Shown here one piece after another: positions 25,335 through 38,400 of a stretch of DNA of 45,342 nucleotides. This DNA comes from Chara braunii. Its lineage: Eukaryota > Plantae > Charophyceae. The stretch covers positions 5,288,614-5,333,955 of the forward strand of contig BFEA01000012.1 in assembly GCA_003427395.1 (NCBI GenBank). The letters are read 5' to 3'. The translations under genes and the position numbers were made by a program. Below the pieces are notes generated by a model. The model did no database searches. It was not told the origin of the DNA and worked only from the letters and a program-made list of their open reading frames with translations. Each line of letters opens with the position of its first letter. The first letter of the stretch is position 1.

Positions 25335-25393
25335 ATGTCGAGGGACTTCAGCAAAGAGAAAGGTGTCAACGTGCAAGTCTTGTTGCGGTGCAG
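25335..25393 (+). CDS. KIN5: Kinesin-5 exon 1 ([20 protein letters not shown]); true start may lie upstream
   Basis: ATG at 25335; donor ag|gtaag at 25394; the frame stays open upstream to a TAG at 25230. Confidence 0.85.
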
Positions 25394-25981
25394 GTAAGTG
25401 CTCCCTGAATTCGGAATGAGAGACATACGTCACTTCACATCTCTGACTTGATGGGTTTGTGAGGTTTGCATTGTCATCTAGCTCGGGCCATGTGCCATCT
25501 GCGCTGCTTGACAGAGAGCACGATGGCCTCAGGGCTGGGATGTGCTTCTTTCGACGTGTTTGTGTCGAACGAAATAGGCATGTCCATACATATGCAGTTG
25601 TGAGGGAATGCGTGCAGTCGTGTCTATGTCTGAGCGTATTACCAGGTGTTGGTACCTGTGTGCGCGTGTGTGCATTGAGCGTATACTTGAGAGTGCGTGT
25701 GTGTGTGTCGAGTAGTGTGTCAACCCTCACCGTATCCACGTTCTTGTCTGTGCGAACGGACGAGAGTAAGCGAGACTCGGGTGAGTGCGTGCGTGTATTT
25801 GTTCGAGTGACATACGCGAATGGCCGTGTTGTGCGTGCTATTAAATCTGCGGCTTTTGCTTGCGCGTGGTCAGGTGACTTAAAGAATCCAACTCATTCGA
25901 GAACGGTTCGAACACGCAGACAAGAAAAGGGAGAAAAAGGTGGCGCAATAGAAATGCATTGCAACAACACACACACACACG

Positions 25982-26074
<93 letters not shown>

Positions 26075-26319
26075 NNNNNNNNNNNNNNNNNNNNNNNNNN
26101 NNNNNNNNNNNNNNNNNNNNNNNNNNNNNNNNNNNNNNNNNNNNNNNNNNNNNNNNNNNNNNNNNNNNNNNNNNNNNNNNNNNNNNNNNNNNNNNNNNNN
26201 NNNNNNNNNNNNNNNNNNNNNNNNNNNNNNNNNNNNNNNNNNNNNNNNNNNNNNNNNNNNNNNNNNNNNNNNNNNNNNNNNNNNNNNNNNNNNNNNNNNN
26301 NNNNNNNNNNNNNNNNNNN

Positions 26320-26400
<81 letters not shown>

Positions 26401-29400
26401 CGAGAGATGTAGGTTTGCTTCGCATTTTTTTCCGTTTGTGTTGGTCCGGGTGAGGTACTTGTCAGACTGAAGTTTAAAATCAAGGAGTTACTTTCGGATT
26501 TTCGCAGTGCGAGATTTCTGGACGACGTTTCACTTGTTCTCCAACTCCCTCTTTTTTCGGATTGCCATTGAGCTTCATATTTCAAGCTCTCATAAGAACA
26601 AGTTCTTGAATCATCGCGTTTGCTCTCCTTGGAACGCGCAGGTGTGTAGTTAGTTGCTAAGTTGAGACGTACCATCTTGTGTCTAGCGTTCTTGGTGCTG
26701 ATGTAATGATATATTTTGATGGTTGGACGACCCTACCTTGCCTTCCGGACGATTGGGACGCGAAGTTTCCCACGCCGTGCGATGGATGATAATTCTTTTC
26801 CCTGTCCTTATCCAACGTGGAAGGATTATTGGTCTCCAGGGGCAGGAAATGTCTAGCTCTTGATGTACAGGACGATGAGCCGCAAAGAAGCGTGTGGACT
26901 GCCGGCTACTCCTCGACTCTCAGGACTCATTTTCTGCTCTCATTGCCGTCATGCTTCAGCATAGCCTACGCTCGTAAACGATTTTGTTGTGAAGCTAAAA
27001 CAATTCCATTGGTTTGTTTGGTATGAAGCGAAAAATATTGTATTGGTTAGTGAATTCACAGTGTAATTATCTTTTTATAATTTCGTGCGTCTCTGCGTGT
27101 GATCAGGCCATGCAATGATGAAGAGCTTCGAACGAATGCCCCGCAAGTGGTACAATGTAGTGACCCTCGAAGGGAGGTTACTGTGTATCAGAACATCGCC
27201 GGGAAGCAAATTGATCGGACCTTCACTTTCGACAAGGTAAATTAGTCATGTTGCCCTCTTATCGAGTTGTATTGGAGTATATATATCACGATTATCTAAA
27301 GGGGGGTTCTACGGAGGCATGGCGCGGAGAAGGGAGTCTGGGGGAGTGATGGTGCTCACAAACGGGGCTGGTCGGAGGGAGCCAGAATAGAAATAGGGGC
27401 CTGGCGTCTTTCTTAGCATTTAAAAAGAGGTTGGATTTCGTAATCTTAGTTGGCAGGATGGACTGTCTCATAAGTCGGAGGGGGGCGTCTGTATGGCTGC
27501 CAAATGCAGACAACGGCGCTGATCGCCTCTTTCTGAACTTTTCCCTGAAACTGTAGATGGATCTAGATGGAGAGGGTAGAGGGATAGAGGGTATAGAGGG
27601 AGATGGGTGAACGAGAAGAAGAAGACGGCACAAAGTGTTGTGACAGAAAGGTGGAAGAGAGAGACGGGTATGGGTGGAGAGTGAGGAGAGGGGTTATGAG
27701 AAGATGTTTTAAGTTTAACAAGAGAAAGGAGTAGATAGGAAGGCAAGAATGGTAAACAATAGTAGGGGCAACCGATCAGAGAGACATTGGGTGAGAGATG
27801 GACGGATGGGTGAGTGACGGAATGGGGCTGAGTCTGGTGTGCTGAGAGGGAGGGGGATGTGAAGGCGGCAGAGAGGGGCGAAGGCAATGGAAGACGGAGA
27901 GATGGAAGCCAGGCGGAGTGAAGATGGTATCAAGGGGAGGACTGAGAGGGTTGTTAATGCGAGCAGAGGAGGGGTTCTGAGAAGCGTTCAGAGAGCGACT
28001 GGAGACAGACAGGAGAGACAGGAGGGAGAGGTCGGAGAAAGGGTGGATTCAGAGGAAAGACAGGAAACGAAGAGATCGTTGGTAAGAAAACTGGGGGGAA
28101 GATGTGACGGTGGGCTAAACGGGGAAGGGAAGAGATATGGTAAGTGGGGAATGTAGAAAGAGACGGGAATATGAGGTCGGGAAGGTGGGAAGTCAATGGG
28201 AGGGCTGGAGACTGGAGGGAGGGGAAACGTTAACGGTTCCAGTGCGACGGAAGTGGGTATTGTGGGAGCGATGATATGCGGCATGGATCAGGGAAAGTTG
28301 ACGAATACAGGAGAGAGGGGAAGGCGGAGAGAGGAATTTAAGAGGAGGTGGGCACGGGGGCAACAGAACCGTGGGAAAGACGGGGCGGAGAGGGAAGCGG
28401 AGTGGAGATAATGGTGAGTTGTAGCGTGGGAGGAGGTCAGGGTGAAGGAGACAGGAGGGGTGTTGATGGGAAATAAGAGAATGCGAATAGAGATAACAGA
28501 TAATGAAGGGAGGACAAAGTATTGGTTATAGCATGCATTAGAAGTCTGGTAGTCATTTGGACAATAAGCAGCACAGGTTATGAAGAGACGAAGTGGAAAA
28601 TTATGTTGAACTTGCTGATTGGTTGGGCCAGAGGTGATTTAGTCTTGCAACTGTTTTTTTTTATTTCAGGTTTTTGGGCCGAACTCTAAGCAACAAGACG
28701 TATATGATCAAGCTGTTGTGCCGATCGTGAATGAAGTTCTGGAGGGATTCAACTGCACGATCTTTGCATATGGGCAAACGGGAACCGGGAAAACGTACAC
28801 CATGGAGGGAGGCGGTCGCAGACCTAAGGTAAGTGCAATTTTTGTCCTTAATTCGGCGCTTTTCAAACACGAGGGACACAACTTCAGATCGGTATGCTAT
28901 ATATATATATATATAAATCATAAATGGATTGGAGGTTTTTTAACCAACTGGAAGCACATTTTTTCATGTAGAAGCGCATTTTCAACACTTTGAAAACTTA
29001 TCACTCAAAGCTTTAGATACCCAGAGCTGGATAATGGGGCCCCACTCTCCCGGGATGATTGAGAGGTTCCCCGTCTTCAGGGTGCTGTTGTGAAGGAATG
29101 ATCTTCTTGTCTTGTTGTGTTTAAAGGAGAAACAACGTGACCTCTAGCCGGATTTGGTGGGGCGGCACCTGGCCGCCCCACATGCTGTGTTGAGCCTTCG
29201 TTTATATCATGGCTCCCTCCTGCTTGTATCCATTTGAGAAACGACAGGAATGGAGAGGTTGAAGGTGTGTTGAGATCCATTTACATATCTTGGATCCAGA
29301 AGAGTGGGAAGGAGGATAGGGAACACAGTATCCATCCGCTCTTCTGACCATTCCGTTGGAGGATTGTAAGAAGATAAAGCTGAACAGGAGTGGAGAGCGT

Positions 29401-32400
29401 ATTAGAACAAACACTGCAGAGGGACAAGAGGCGTTATGGATGATTCAAAACACAAGGGTACAAGGTCTTTCACTTGTTTTGAATAGGAGTGGAGAGCGTA
29501 TAAAAGAAAACTGCAGAGGGACACGAGGCGTTATGGATGATTCAAACACAAGGGTATAAGATCTATCGCTTGTTTTGAATTACACCGTGGTCGCGGTGCA
29601 ACAAGTCTTTCTGTATCTCAACTGAGAAGATATACGGACGTACAGATTGATAAATAAGCTACACACATCACGAAAGGAAAGTCATTACCATAGCTTCCTT
29701 TTGTTTATCGATGGAAGATAGTATCCATCTGCTCTTCTTTGACCATTCCCTTGCAGGATTGTAAGAAGGTAAAGCCAAACAAGAACGGAGAGGGACGACG
29801 AAAAGATTAATGAGAAACACACTGGAGAGGGACGAGAGGCATTATGAACTATTTAAATACAACGGTATGAGATCAATCACTTGTTTTGAATCACATCGTC
29901 GGTGAAGTATAAGATCGAACGCAACGGTACAAGTCTTTGTACTAAAACTGAGAAGATATAAGGACATGTAGATTGATAAATAAGATACACACACGAAAGT
30001 ACACACACGAAAGAAGTCTTTAGCATTGCTTCGTTTTCTTTACCGATGCAGTAGAATGAATGAACCATTTTCAATTGCATCCTTTTTCTTTATTGATGTA
30101 CTTTGATGAATTTTCGTACTTCATCTGAGAAGATGTCAGCACGTAGGGATTGACAAGCTGAGTACATAACATAGTACACGCACGTTAAATGAGCATTGCG
30201 TTCAGTAGGACCGGTGGAGTTTTTGGTTAAAAAAAAAAGAGCATTCCGTTCATGCAGCGGCTTCCATACCTGGATAAGCGCGGTTAATACTGTCTCCCCA
30301 AGTATTGATCTATGAACTCTAAATCGCCTTATGATGCAACCATTAAGGATAAGGCCGGGATACTAAACTAGTGAAAAGAGCTAATGACGGTACTATGATC
30401 AGAGATCGAACAGGTGACTAAGGCTACCCTGTGCACCCGAATAGAACTCACAGTCATTATCGCTGAATCTAGACTGAAGCCCATCTAGATTCAGAGATCG
30501 AACAGGTGACTAAGGCTACCCTGTGCACCTGTTACCACGGTAGCAGGTAACAAACAAAGCAGGTGGCGGAAGCCCATCTCCGCCCATGTCAGGTTCTATT
30601 GTGGTAGTCGCACTGGTGAACATCCCCAGAGGATCCCTCAGACTGGGAGCATTTCTGGGTCGTTGGGGGAACTGGTAGGCTGCCATTTGGTTAATAGCTG
30701 TGTTGCTGAACCTGGGAACGAGGTCCAGTGATAGGCTTAGGGCAACTGTAGGCCCCAGGGCAGTCTACCTAGGGCCAGGCTCATGGGTCTCTAAATGTGT
30801 GAGGTCAAGCCTAACGGAGGGGTTATATAGAGGATGTGAGGACCAGTGATGGTCTAGTCATGCTAGTACTGTATGTGTTGCGGTCTAGTATTAGGGACTC
30901 AACTTCGAGGCCAGGTGCTTAGTATCCGACCAGCTGGTGCCCAATGTGCAGAGCAAACGCATGCTTTAGAGGTTGAAATTCCATGTCGCACGAGAACGAG
31001 GGTTTGCAATACACCTTAGGGCGTCCGTGAACATCATCTATCCTGTTGCCAGCGGAGGTGCCCAAAGGTTTTCCGCATGATGCATGTGCCTTACTCCGCC
31101 GCACTGTGCTGCTCAGGGATGGAGTGGTTACTGCTTATCATAGCAAGGCTTCATTGGTCTGTACTTGTGTACACAGCTCCTGGGAAAAATGGCAGTTGGG
31201 CGCGTTTATATATGTAGTATTTTTGCAGAATCCTCTGGACTGGTCACTTTTTTGTTGTTGTTGTTGTTGTCGATAAATGAAAGCAGCTCTCCGCCTCTGC
31301 TGTATATGAATATTATTTGGCTCCTACATGGATCCCATAATAGTTTGACCATCCAGGATCTCCATGCGATTCCATAGTACAGTATCCTTGGATCTCGTTT
31401 GGTGGAGTTCAGCTCCTGGCAGAGCAGATTTGTGCTTTCTGCGGTCTGTACTTCACATTAAATGTCTCTCTTCTTAGAAAGATACGGTGCCATAAATACT
31501 TCAGAGCTTGAGTTGATAGTGTGGTAATGAAAACGCTGGCAGAGTAGAAGGCAAAGCGTGAGCGCTTGTGCAACATGTTGCTATCGGTTTTCATTTTTTT
31601 TTTTTTTTGGAGCTGCTATGTACGCCAATTGAAAAACTAATAAGAGATCTTTCCGCCTGTCTACTCGCCTTGGGTCGTAAGTTACCTTGAGTTATAAGTG
31701 ACGAGGTCCACAGATGGTGGTTATTTATAAACTTGAGGAGAGTAGACATCCGGTGTGATAATTGATACCATCAGCACCAGTCGTGTAGCCAACAAGGTAG
31801 AAGCGGAGAAGCGGAATCAGCGATGACTATAGACACGGGGATTGAATGCTTCTCTTGCATTAGTAGCTTTCCTTTCATGGCTGGTGCTGACGGTGTCGCC
31901 GGATAATTTCTCTCCATGCCCCATGGCGATGCGTTTCAGTGTAAGCGGCTCGCTGCACTCTAACAAGGCCTCAAGCTTGTTTGAGTCTTGTTTTGGGTTC
32001 TGAGGTGGTCATGAACCATTTCATACTTGTTGCTAGAAAAAGGTTCCAGTAATTCAAATAATGCGTCAACAACCATGGTGTTGAAAATGTTGAAACGCAG
32101 TTATGAATCTGCAACACAAAAAGAAAAGAAGAAAGAAAAGAATCTGCAACACAAGCAATAAGTAGACGGATAAGTTAGAGAGTGAAGAACCTGGCAAAGG
32201 GCACACACTAACGAAAACCGAATGGAGAACAGAAAGCGCAGTTAAGAGCAAAGAGGGTACAAACAGGCAAAAACTAAGAAAGAGAGGCGAACAAAACAGG
32301 TGAGCAGAAAAAGCAATCGAAATTGTTTGTGGGCTCTGCCCGAACCGTAATGGAGTCTGTTGATGATTTCAAATTTTTCTTTAAGCGTTGACTCAACGAT

Positions 32401-35400
32401 TTATCCTGCACTATATGTGTTCGAGCAAAAGTATGAAGAACCAGGAGAAAGTTGAAGATTCTCTGCCAGATAAGGAAACTGAGAGCGAAGCTAACAAAAC
32501 ATCAAGCAAATATGAGTGTTGGGCTCAGGGGGATTTGACCCTGAGACCTGGCCCAAATGTGAAGCCAAAAAAAACAAGTTGTGTTTGTTTTTGTTTTCCA
32601 AGTTCGCAGCCAGTTAGATTTGAACCTGAGACCTCCAAGTAATTATACGGTTAGCTTATCTTGGACACATAGGACCATATAGGACCTAGAGAACCCTATA
32701 GGCCCAGGCGAAATTGGCATAGCAAAAAGTGACGAGTTAGGACTACATTCGTTTTCAATCAGTGCGGAGTGAGGAGGAGCAGCAGGGCCAATCTTGGCAG
32801 CTGAAGGAGAGGGTTTGGGTGCAGCCATAGCCAGTGTGTTCTAGCTCTACACTGCACGGTTTTGAGTGCCGTTTGTTACGTTCATTCATTTTCAGTCCAT
32901 GCGGAGTGAAGAGGAGCAGCAGGGCCAATCTTGGCAGCTGAAGGAGACAGTTTGGGTGCAGCCATAGCCAGTGTGTTCTAGCTCTACACTGCACGGTTTT
33001 GAGTGCCGTTTGTTGCTTTCATTCATTTTCAGTCCATGTGGAGTGAAGAGGAGCAGCAGGGCCAATCTTGGCAGCTGAAGGAGTGGGTTTGGGTGCAGCC
33101 ATAGCCAGTGTGTTCTAGCTCTATACGGTACGGTTTTGAGTGCCGTTTGTCGCAGACTGCTCGGTCCCGCCTGGCCCTCAAGTGAACATCAGCTTTTTAA
33201 AAATTTTCATCAGTGTGCTCCTGTGATTGTTCAGTGTGAGGTTGGTGTAAAGCTTTTTTCCAATTGCCATCTTCAAGATTGGTCTTCACTTCAGTTTGTT
33301 TCGATGCTGCTCCTATAGTAAGTTGAAGTTTTGCAAATTCCGAACACTGGTATCAGAGCAGGCAACGATCTGGACGTCGGCCAAGTGATTGGGTAGTCCA
33401 AGCTGCCGAGTCAGCATCAGCCATTGCCACGTCAGCAATTATCTTCCACCAGTGGGCATCTACCTATCTCATGTTGTACCTTGTTTAGCATGGCTTACCG
33501 CAAGGATAATAACCATGGAGAAAAAGAAGAGAACAGTGGAATTGAATTGAAGAAAAGTAGTTGGGAAAGAGGCAAAGGGCGTTCATGTTAACATGCTCAC
33601 AAGTGAGAAAAAAAGCCCACGTTCATCAGAGGTTATCCACCCCTAGAAGGAAGAAGAGGGTCGCAAGGAAGAAACCAGCTATGGTGGTAAGTGCGAAGGA
33701 GAGCTTGCAGCGCTGGAGGCAAAGAGGTCACAATTAGAAGAGAGGGCGAGGAAGGAGGAAGAGGAAATGAAGAAGAAAGGCATAACATACTCCAAGCAGA
33801 TTGCGGCAGAGCAAACCGCCAATGTGCTAGACAGCCCTCTCCACAATGCAATCTGCTCATGCGGATGAGCTGGTCACACCGAGATGACGTTCATCAGCAG
33901 CAAGTTGGATGCTATTGTGTCCAAGCTGCAAAGTCGAACGAGTCCAAGCACACATCCTTCTTCCCCCAAGAAGACTGCAAAAGCGGATATTGACAATGCG
34001 GAAATTGACGGGGAGCGTGTATCGAAATCCAAGCTGGAGGCGCCGCCAAAGTTTAGAGGCGGACGTGATGAGGATGTAGATCCCTGGTTGCGCACCATGA
34101 ATGGGCAACTAGACTATTACGAGCTTACCCCTGGTTGCGCACCATGAATGGACAATGACAAAATCCATTTTGTGTGTATGCTGCAATGTTGGATGCAGTG
34201 AGAGAGTGGGTGGACAACGAAGTGTTGCATACAGGTGGAGATATTGCTGAGTACACCAAGCAAACTACATGGCTGGAATTGAGGGAGCAGTAGACGACGG
34301 TTACCCGTCAAGGCCGGGGAGTTATCCATATAAGCTCACCACAACAGCGTGCAGGATCTAATCCTGGAATTTGATCAGATCTTGTAGACATCGGAACTGA
34401 AGATCGGGGAAGGCCCTATTATGTATGTTTTTATGAGGGCTCTTCCCAAGAGGATTGCAAGCCACCTAGGTCCCCAATTCAAGGAGTTGAAGACTTACTG
34501 CAAGATGGTATATATGCTAATTGTACACAATTTCCCAAAGCTTGCTCCAGGTTCCCAAAGCTATGCACATTATTCATGACTGGGCTACCTGTATGGCAGA
34601 GAAGGCTTTAAAATTAGACTTCGCATTGCGGCTCGCTGAAGTGACAACGGCAACCAAGAGGCAAATCAAGGACAACGACGGGTTCACTCTTGTGCACAGG
34701 AGGACCCAACGTTATCAAAGCAAGATGTGCGCTACAGTTATTGAAGGGCTGGCATACCCCAGTGACAATAGCAGCGGGGAAAGTTAAGAGATGAGGAAGA
34801 AGAGCCCCCCAAAGGAGAGAATTGTTGCGCTGTAGGAACTAACAAAAGTTGTGATAGGAAAAGTTGTGATAGCAAGGGAGAATGAAACAGCAACGCGAGC
34901 GAGATGATGTCCCAACGGGAGGAAACAAAGCATGGGCATAGCTGTGGGATAGGATTGGAGTGACGAAGGAGGGATATGTGAAAAAAATGGAGAAAGACCT
35001 GTGCGAGATATGGGCGCAGGGGACACTCAAGTCGAGACTGCAGAGCAAGAAGACCAGTAGAAGAGTAAGTCCAGTAAATGGCACAGCCACATCTACACAG
35101 GTTAGGGAGGACCGGTGGAGTATTTGTCGAAGAAGATGCATTTGTAGAGAGTTGCAGCTAGTACCTATGATAGAGATTATGCTTTGTATTATGCCTTGAG
35201 AACATGGAGACATTACTTGCTAGGGCACCCCTTCAAGATTTATTTAGACCATGAGACTCTTCAATGGCTGATGATGAAGCCTAAGTTATAAGATAAGCGA
35301 GGTCTGCCTATATTGATACCTTCGACTTCAACATGAGGTACAAGAAGGGGAAATATAGATAAGTTGCAGATGCACTCTCAAGGAGGTGACTTAATGGGAG

Positions 35401-38400
35401 CCATATTGTCAAAGCGGAGAGTTAGCGATAACTTGATTGACAAAATTGCAGCTGATCTTGTGTATTCTCAGCGGCTTGCATATTTCGAGGCAAATCTGGG
35501 TTCAGCACCGGATTATACATTGTCGAGGTGTTTGCTGTTCGCTGAAAGCAAGGGTTTGCAAAGACTTTGTGTGCCACAAGAATTGAGGGTGAACGTGCTT
35601 GGCAAATGCCACGACACTCAAAGACATTTGGGCTTCAAGATCTTTATGAGATTAGCAGAGCGTTTCCATTGGCCTTTCATAAGGAATGATGCAGCGGAAT
35701 ATGTGAATACCTGCGCTGTTTGCCAGCGAGCATAAAGCCGAAGTAATGAACTGTGTGGGGTTCTGCAATGGTTGCCTATACCGAGAAGGCCCGAGCATTC
35801 AATCTCCATGGACTTCATGAGTGGGCTGCCAGTGTCAAAGGATAGAAACGACATGCTGTTTGTCATATTGACCAATTTTCCAAGTTTATTAGGTTAATAC
35901 CTATGCAAAAATGACATTCTTCAGCAAAGGAAGTGGCCGAGTTATTCTGGGACCATTGGTGCTCAGAATTCGGGTTCCCAAAGGAGATCCGTGGCAACAG
36001 GGATTCTCGGTTTACTAGTGAAATGTGGGGCAATCTGATGGAGCTTGTTGGTATAGAATTCAAGATGAGTTCTGCCAATCAGACTGAACGCATGAACCAC
36101 ACCGTTCAGCAGGTGCTGCGTCACCTAATCAGGCCTGACCAAATTGACTGGGATCGAAAACTGGCTAAGGTGCCACCACGTTGACATCTAATGCTCTTCA
36201 TTTTGAATGAAAGCCGCGTGCACCAGTTGATTTCTGGTTCCAGATCGGCAGCAGAAGTATCCTCCTGGAACAACAGAGTTCATCATGCAGTTCGCCGATG
36301 AACTGTGTCAGGCCATCAAGGACATGCAGAAGGTGCAGGAACATATGGTTGCTGAAGCCAATCGACACCACAGACCTTCGCCATTCGAAGAGGGAGATTT
36401 CGTCTGGGTCAGCATGGTTGAGTTTGCATAAGAGGAAGTAATATCCAGAAAACTTCTGCCGAAGTGGTGTGGGCCTTGGGAGATATTGAAGGTGATTGGG
36501 GACAACGGGATGGGGCCATCTTACCGGATTGATGTGCCACCCTACCTGAGAACGTGCCCTGTTTTCTATGCTTCCATATTGATGCCGGACACGCATCCAA
36601 CCTCAAGTGTAGTGCATCCACCCACCATGGATGGAAGGGCAGATGTCGAGAAGATTGTTGATCACCGATATGTACGGAGACCAAGAGGGAGACTTACAGA
36701 GTGAAGTTCCAATATTACCCAGAAGAGGAAGAAGATGAGTGGGTCGACAGAAGTACTCTGATGGCGACGGCACCTCGAATTGTAGCAGATTATGAGAGAA
36801 GCCTCCAACAGTAAAGGAGAAGAAGAGGATGACTTCAGTCCGAGCTACTGTATATTTTGTATACTATATGTTTTTATTATTCATGGAATCCAATCTCAGT
36901 TTACAGACTCGTTAATAGGTTCTCAAGGGATTTCGAACTGAGGCGGCGGGAGTGTTGGGCTCATGGGATCTGAACCCGAGACCTGGCCCAAGTGTGAAGC
37001 AAAGAAAAACAAATTGTGTTTGTTTTTGTTTTTGAAGGTTGCAGCCAATCAGATTTGATCCTCGGACCTCCAAGTAAGCATACTGTTAGCTGATCTTGGA
37101 CGCATAGGATCCTATAGGATCCAGACCTCTAAAGTTCTCTAGGCCAGAGCCCGGTAGGACCCTGTAGGCCCAGGCAAAATTGGCATAGCAAAAAATGAGG
37201 AGCTAGGACTACAGTTCATTCATTTTAGTCCGTGTTTTTGGTGGAGCGAAGAGAAGCAGCAGCAGTCCCAATCTTGGCAGCTGAAGGAGAGGGTTGGGGT
37301 GCAGCCATAGTCAGTGTGTTGTGGCTCTCTACTGGACGGTTTCGAGTGCCGTTTGTTGCAGACTGCTCAGTGCAACCTGGCCCTCAAGTCAACGCCACCT
37401 TTTTTTTTATTATCAAGTGGGCTGGTGTGATTGTTCAATGTGAGGTTGGTGTAAAGATTTTCTCCAATTGCCATCTTCAAGATTGGTCTTCAATTCAGTT
37501 TTGCTTGAATGCTGCGCATAGAAGTTGAAGTTTGTTAAATTTTCTAACAGATAGACATTGCTGATTACTGTCGGATCCTTCTCAACGCAGTGACTGGGCA
37601 ATTGACACTTTTGGACATCAAGTCGCATGAAGTAGTTGACTCTGGGTTAATCCCCTGTTGGAGTCAAAGAAAGTGACAATATCTACTAGTACAGATTTAG
37701 GGTTCAGGGCTTACGGTTCACAGTTTAGAGTCTCATCCATTCGTGGATTCTAAACCGTCAACCGTAAACTGTAAACCGCCAAAAAATGAAAACCACCGAA
37801 AACCGTAAACCGTAAACCCTGAGCCCTGAACCCTAAAGGTCTGAAGAGCAATCTGAAGGTGGCAAACTATGGGGGCAATGGTATCGTGTATAAGTGCAGG
37901 AGAAAGAAACAATTGACGAATAACTGAACCAGGAAACGAACTGGTGAAAATGAGGACACATGAATAGTGGGGAGAAAAGGAGCTCCAGATAGTGTCGTTG
38001 CTATACTGTCCTTGTGTTTCACGCATGAGAAAAAAGCTGGGGAAAAGGGAGGAAGAGGAGAGCACTGCATGTCGCCGTTCTATCTACTAGCTATGGAGAT
38101 CTGTCCTCATCTATGCTTGCACAAATGGCAACATGGAAGCCCCCTTTTTCTCTTGGATACTAGTTGTTAGTATATTAGTGAATATCACAATAGATGTGTA
38201 CATTATATGCAACAAGTTAGGACAGTGTGATTATCGTTCTTGGCCAGGCTATCGGATTGAATTCTTTGTCTTATGAATGATGAACACACCATGTTTGATC
38301 AGGAAGAAGACACGTGTTAACCTTATTGCAAGACTTCATCTGGTCGACTTGTGAGAGACCCGAGGAACTGTGCTCATATTCATACTTATCATCTGATGAC

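Larger units (their letters stand above)
32517..37549 (+). mobile_element. Ty3/Gypsy chromovirus-type LTR retrotransposon, degenerate and internally deleted, in kinesin-5 intron 3
   Basis: Two related TG...CA LTRs; PBS tggtatcagagc; PPT-like aggcggcgggag. Remnants of gag ([16 protein letters not shown]), RNase H (WRHYLLG..F...DH...VADALSR), integrase HHCC (CHD..H...CAVCQR) and core, and chromodomain (VEKIVDHR...EWV). Confidence 0.92.

Noticed and set aside
30399-30529. CRISPR-like repeat-spacer-repeat
   Set aside because: Only two repeats, in a eukaryotic intron, with no cas genes.
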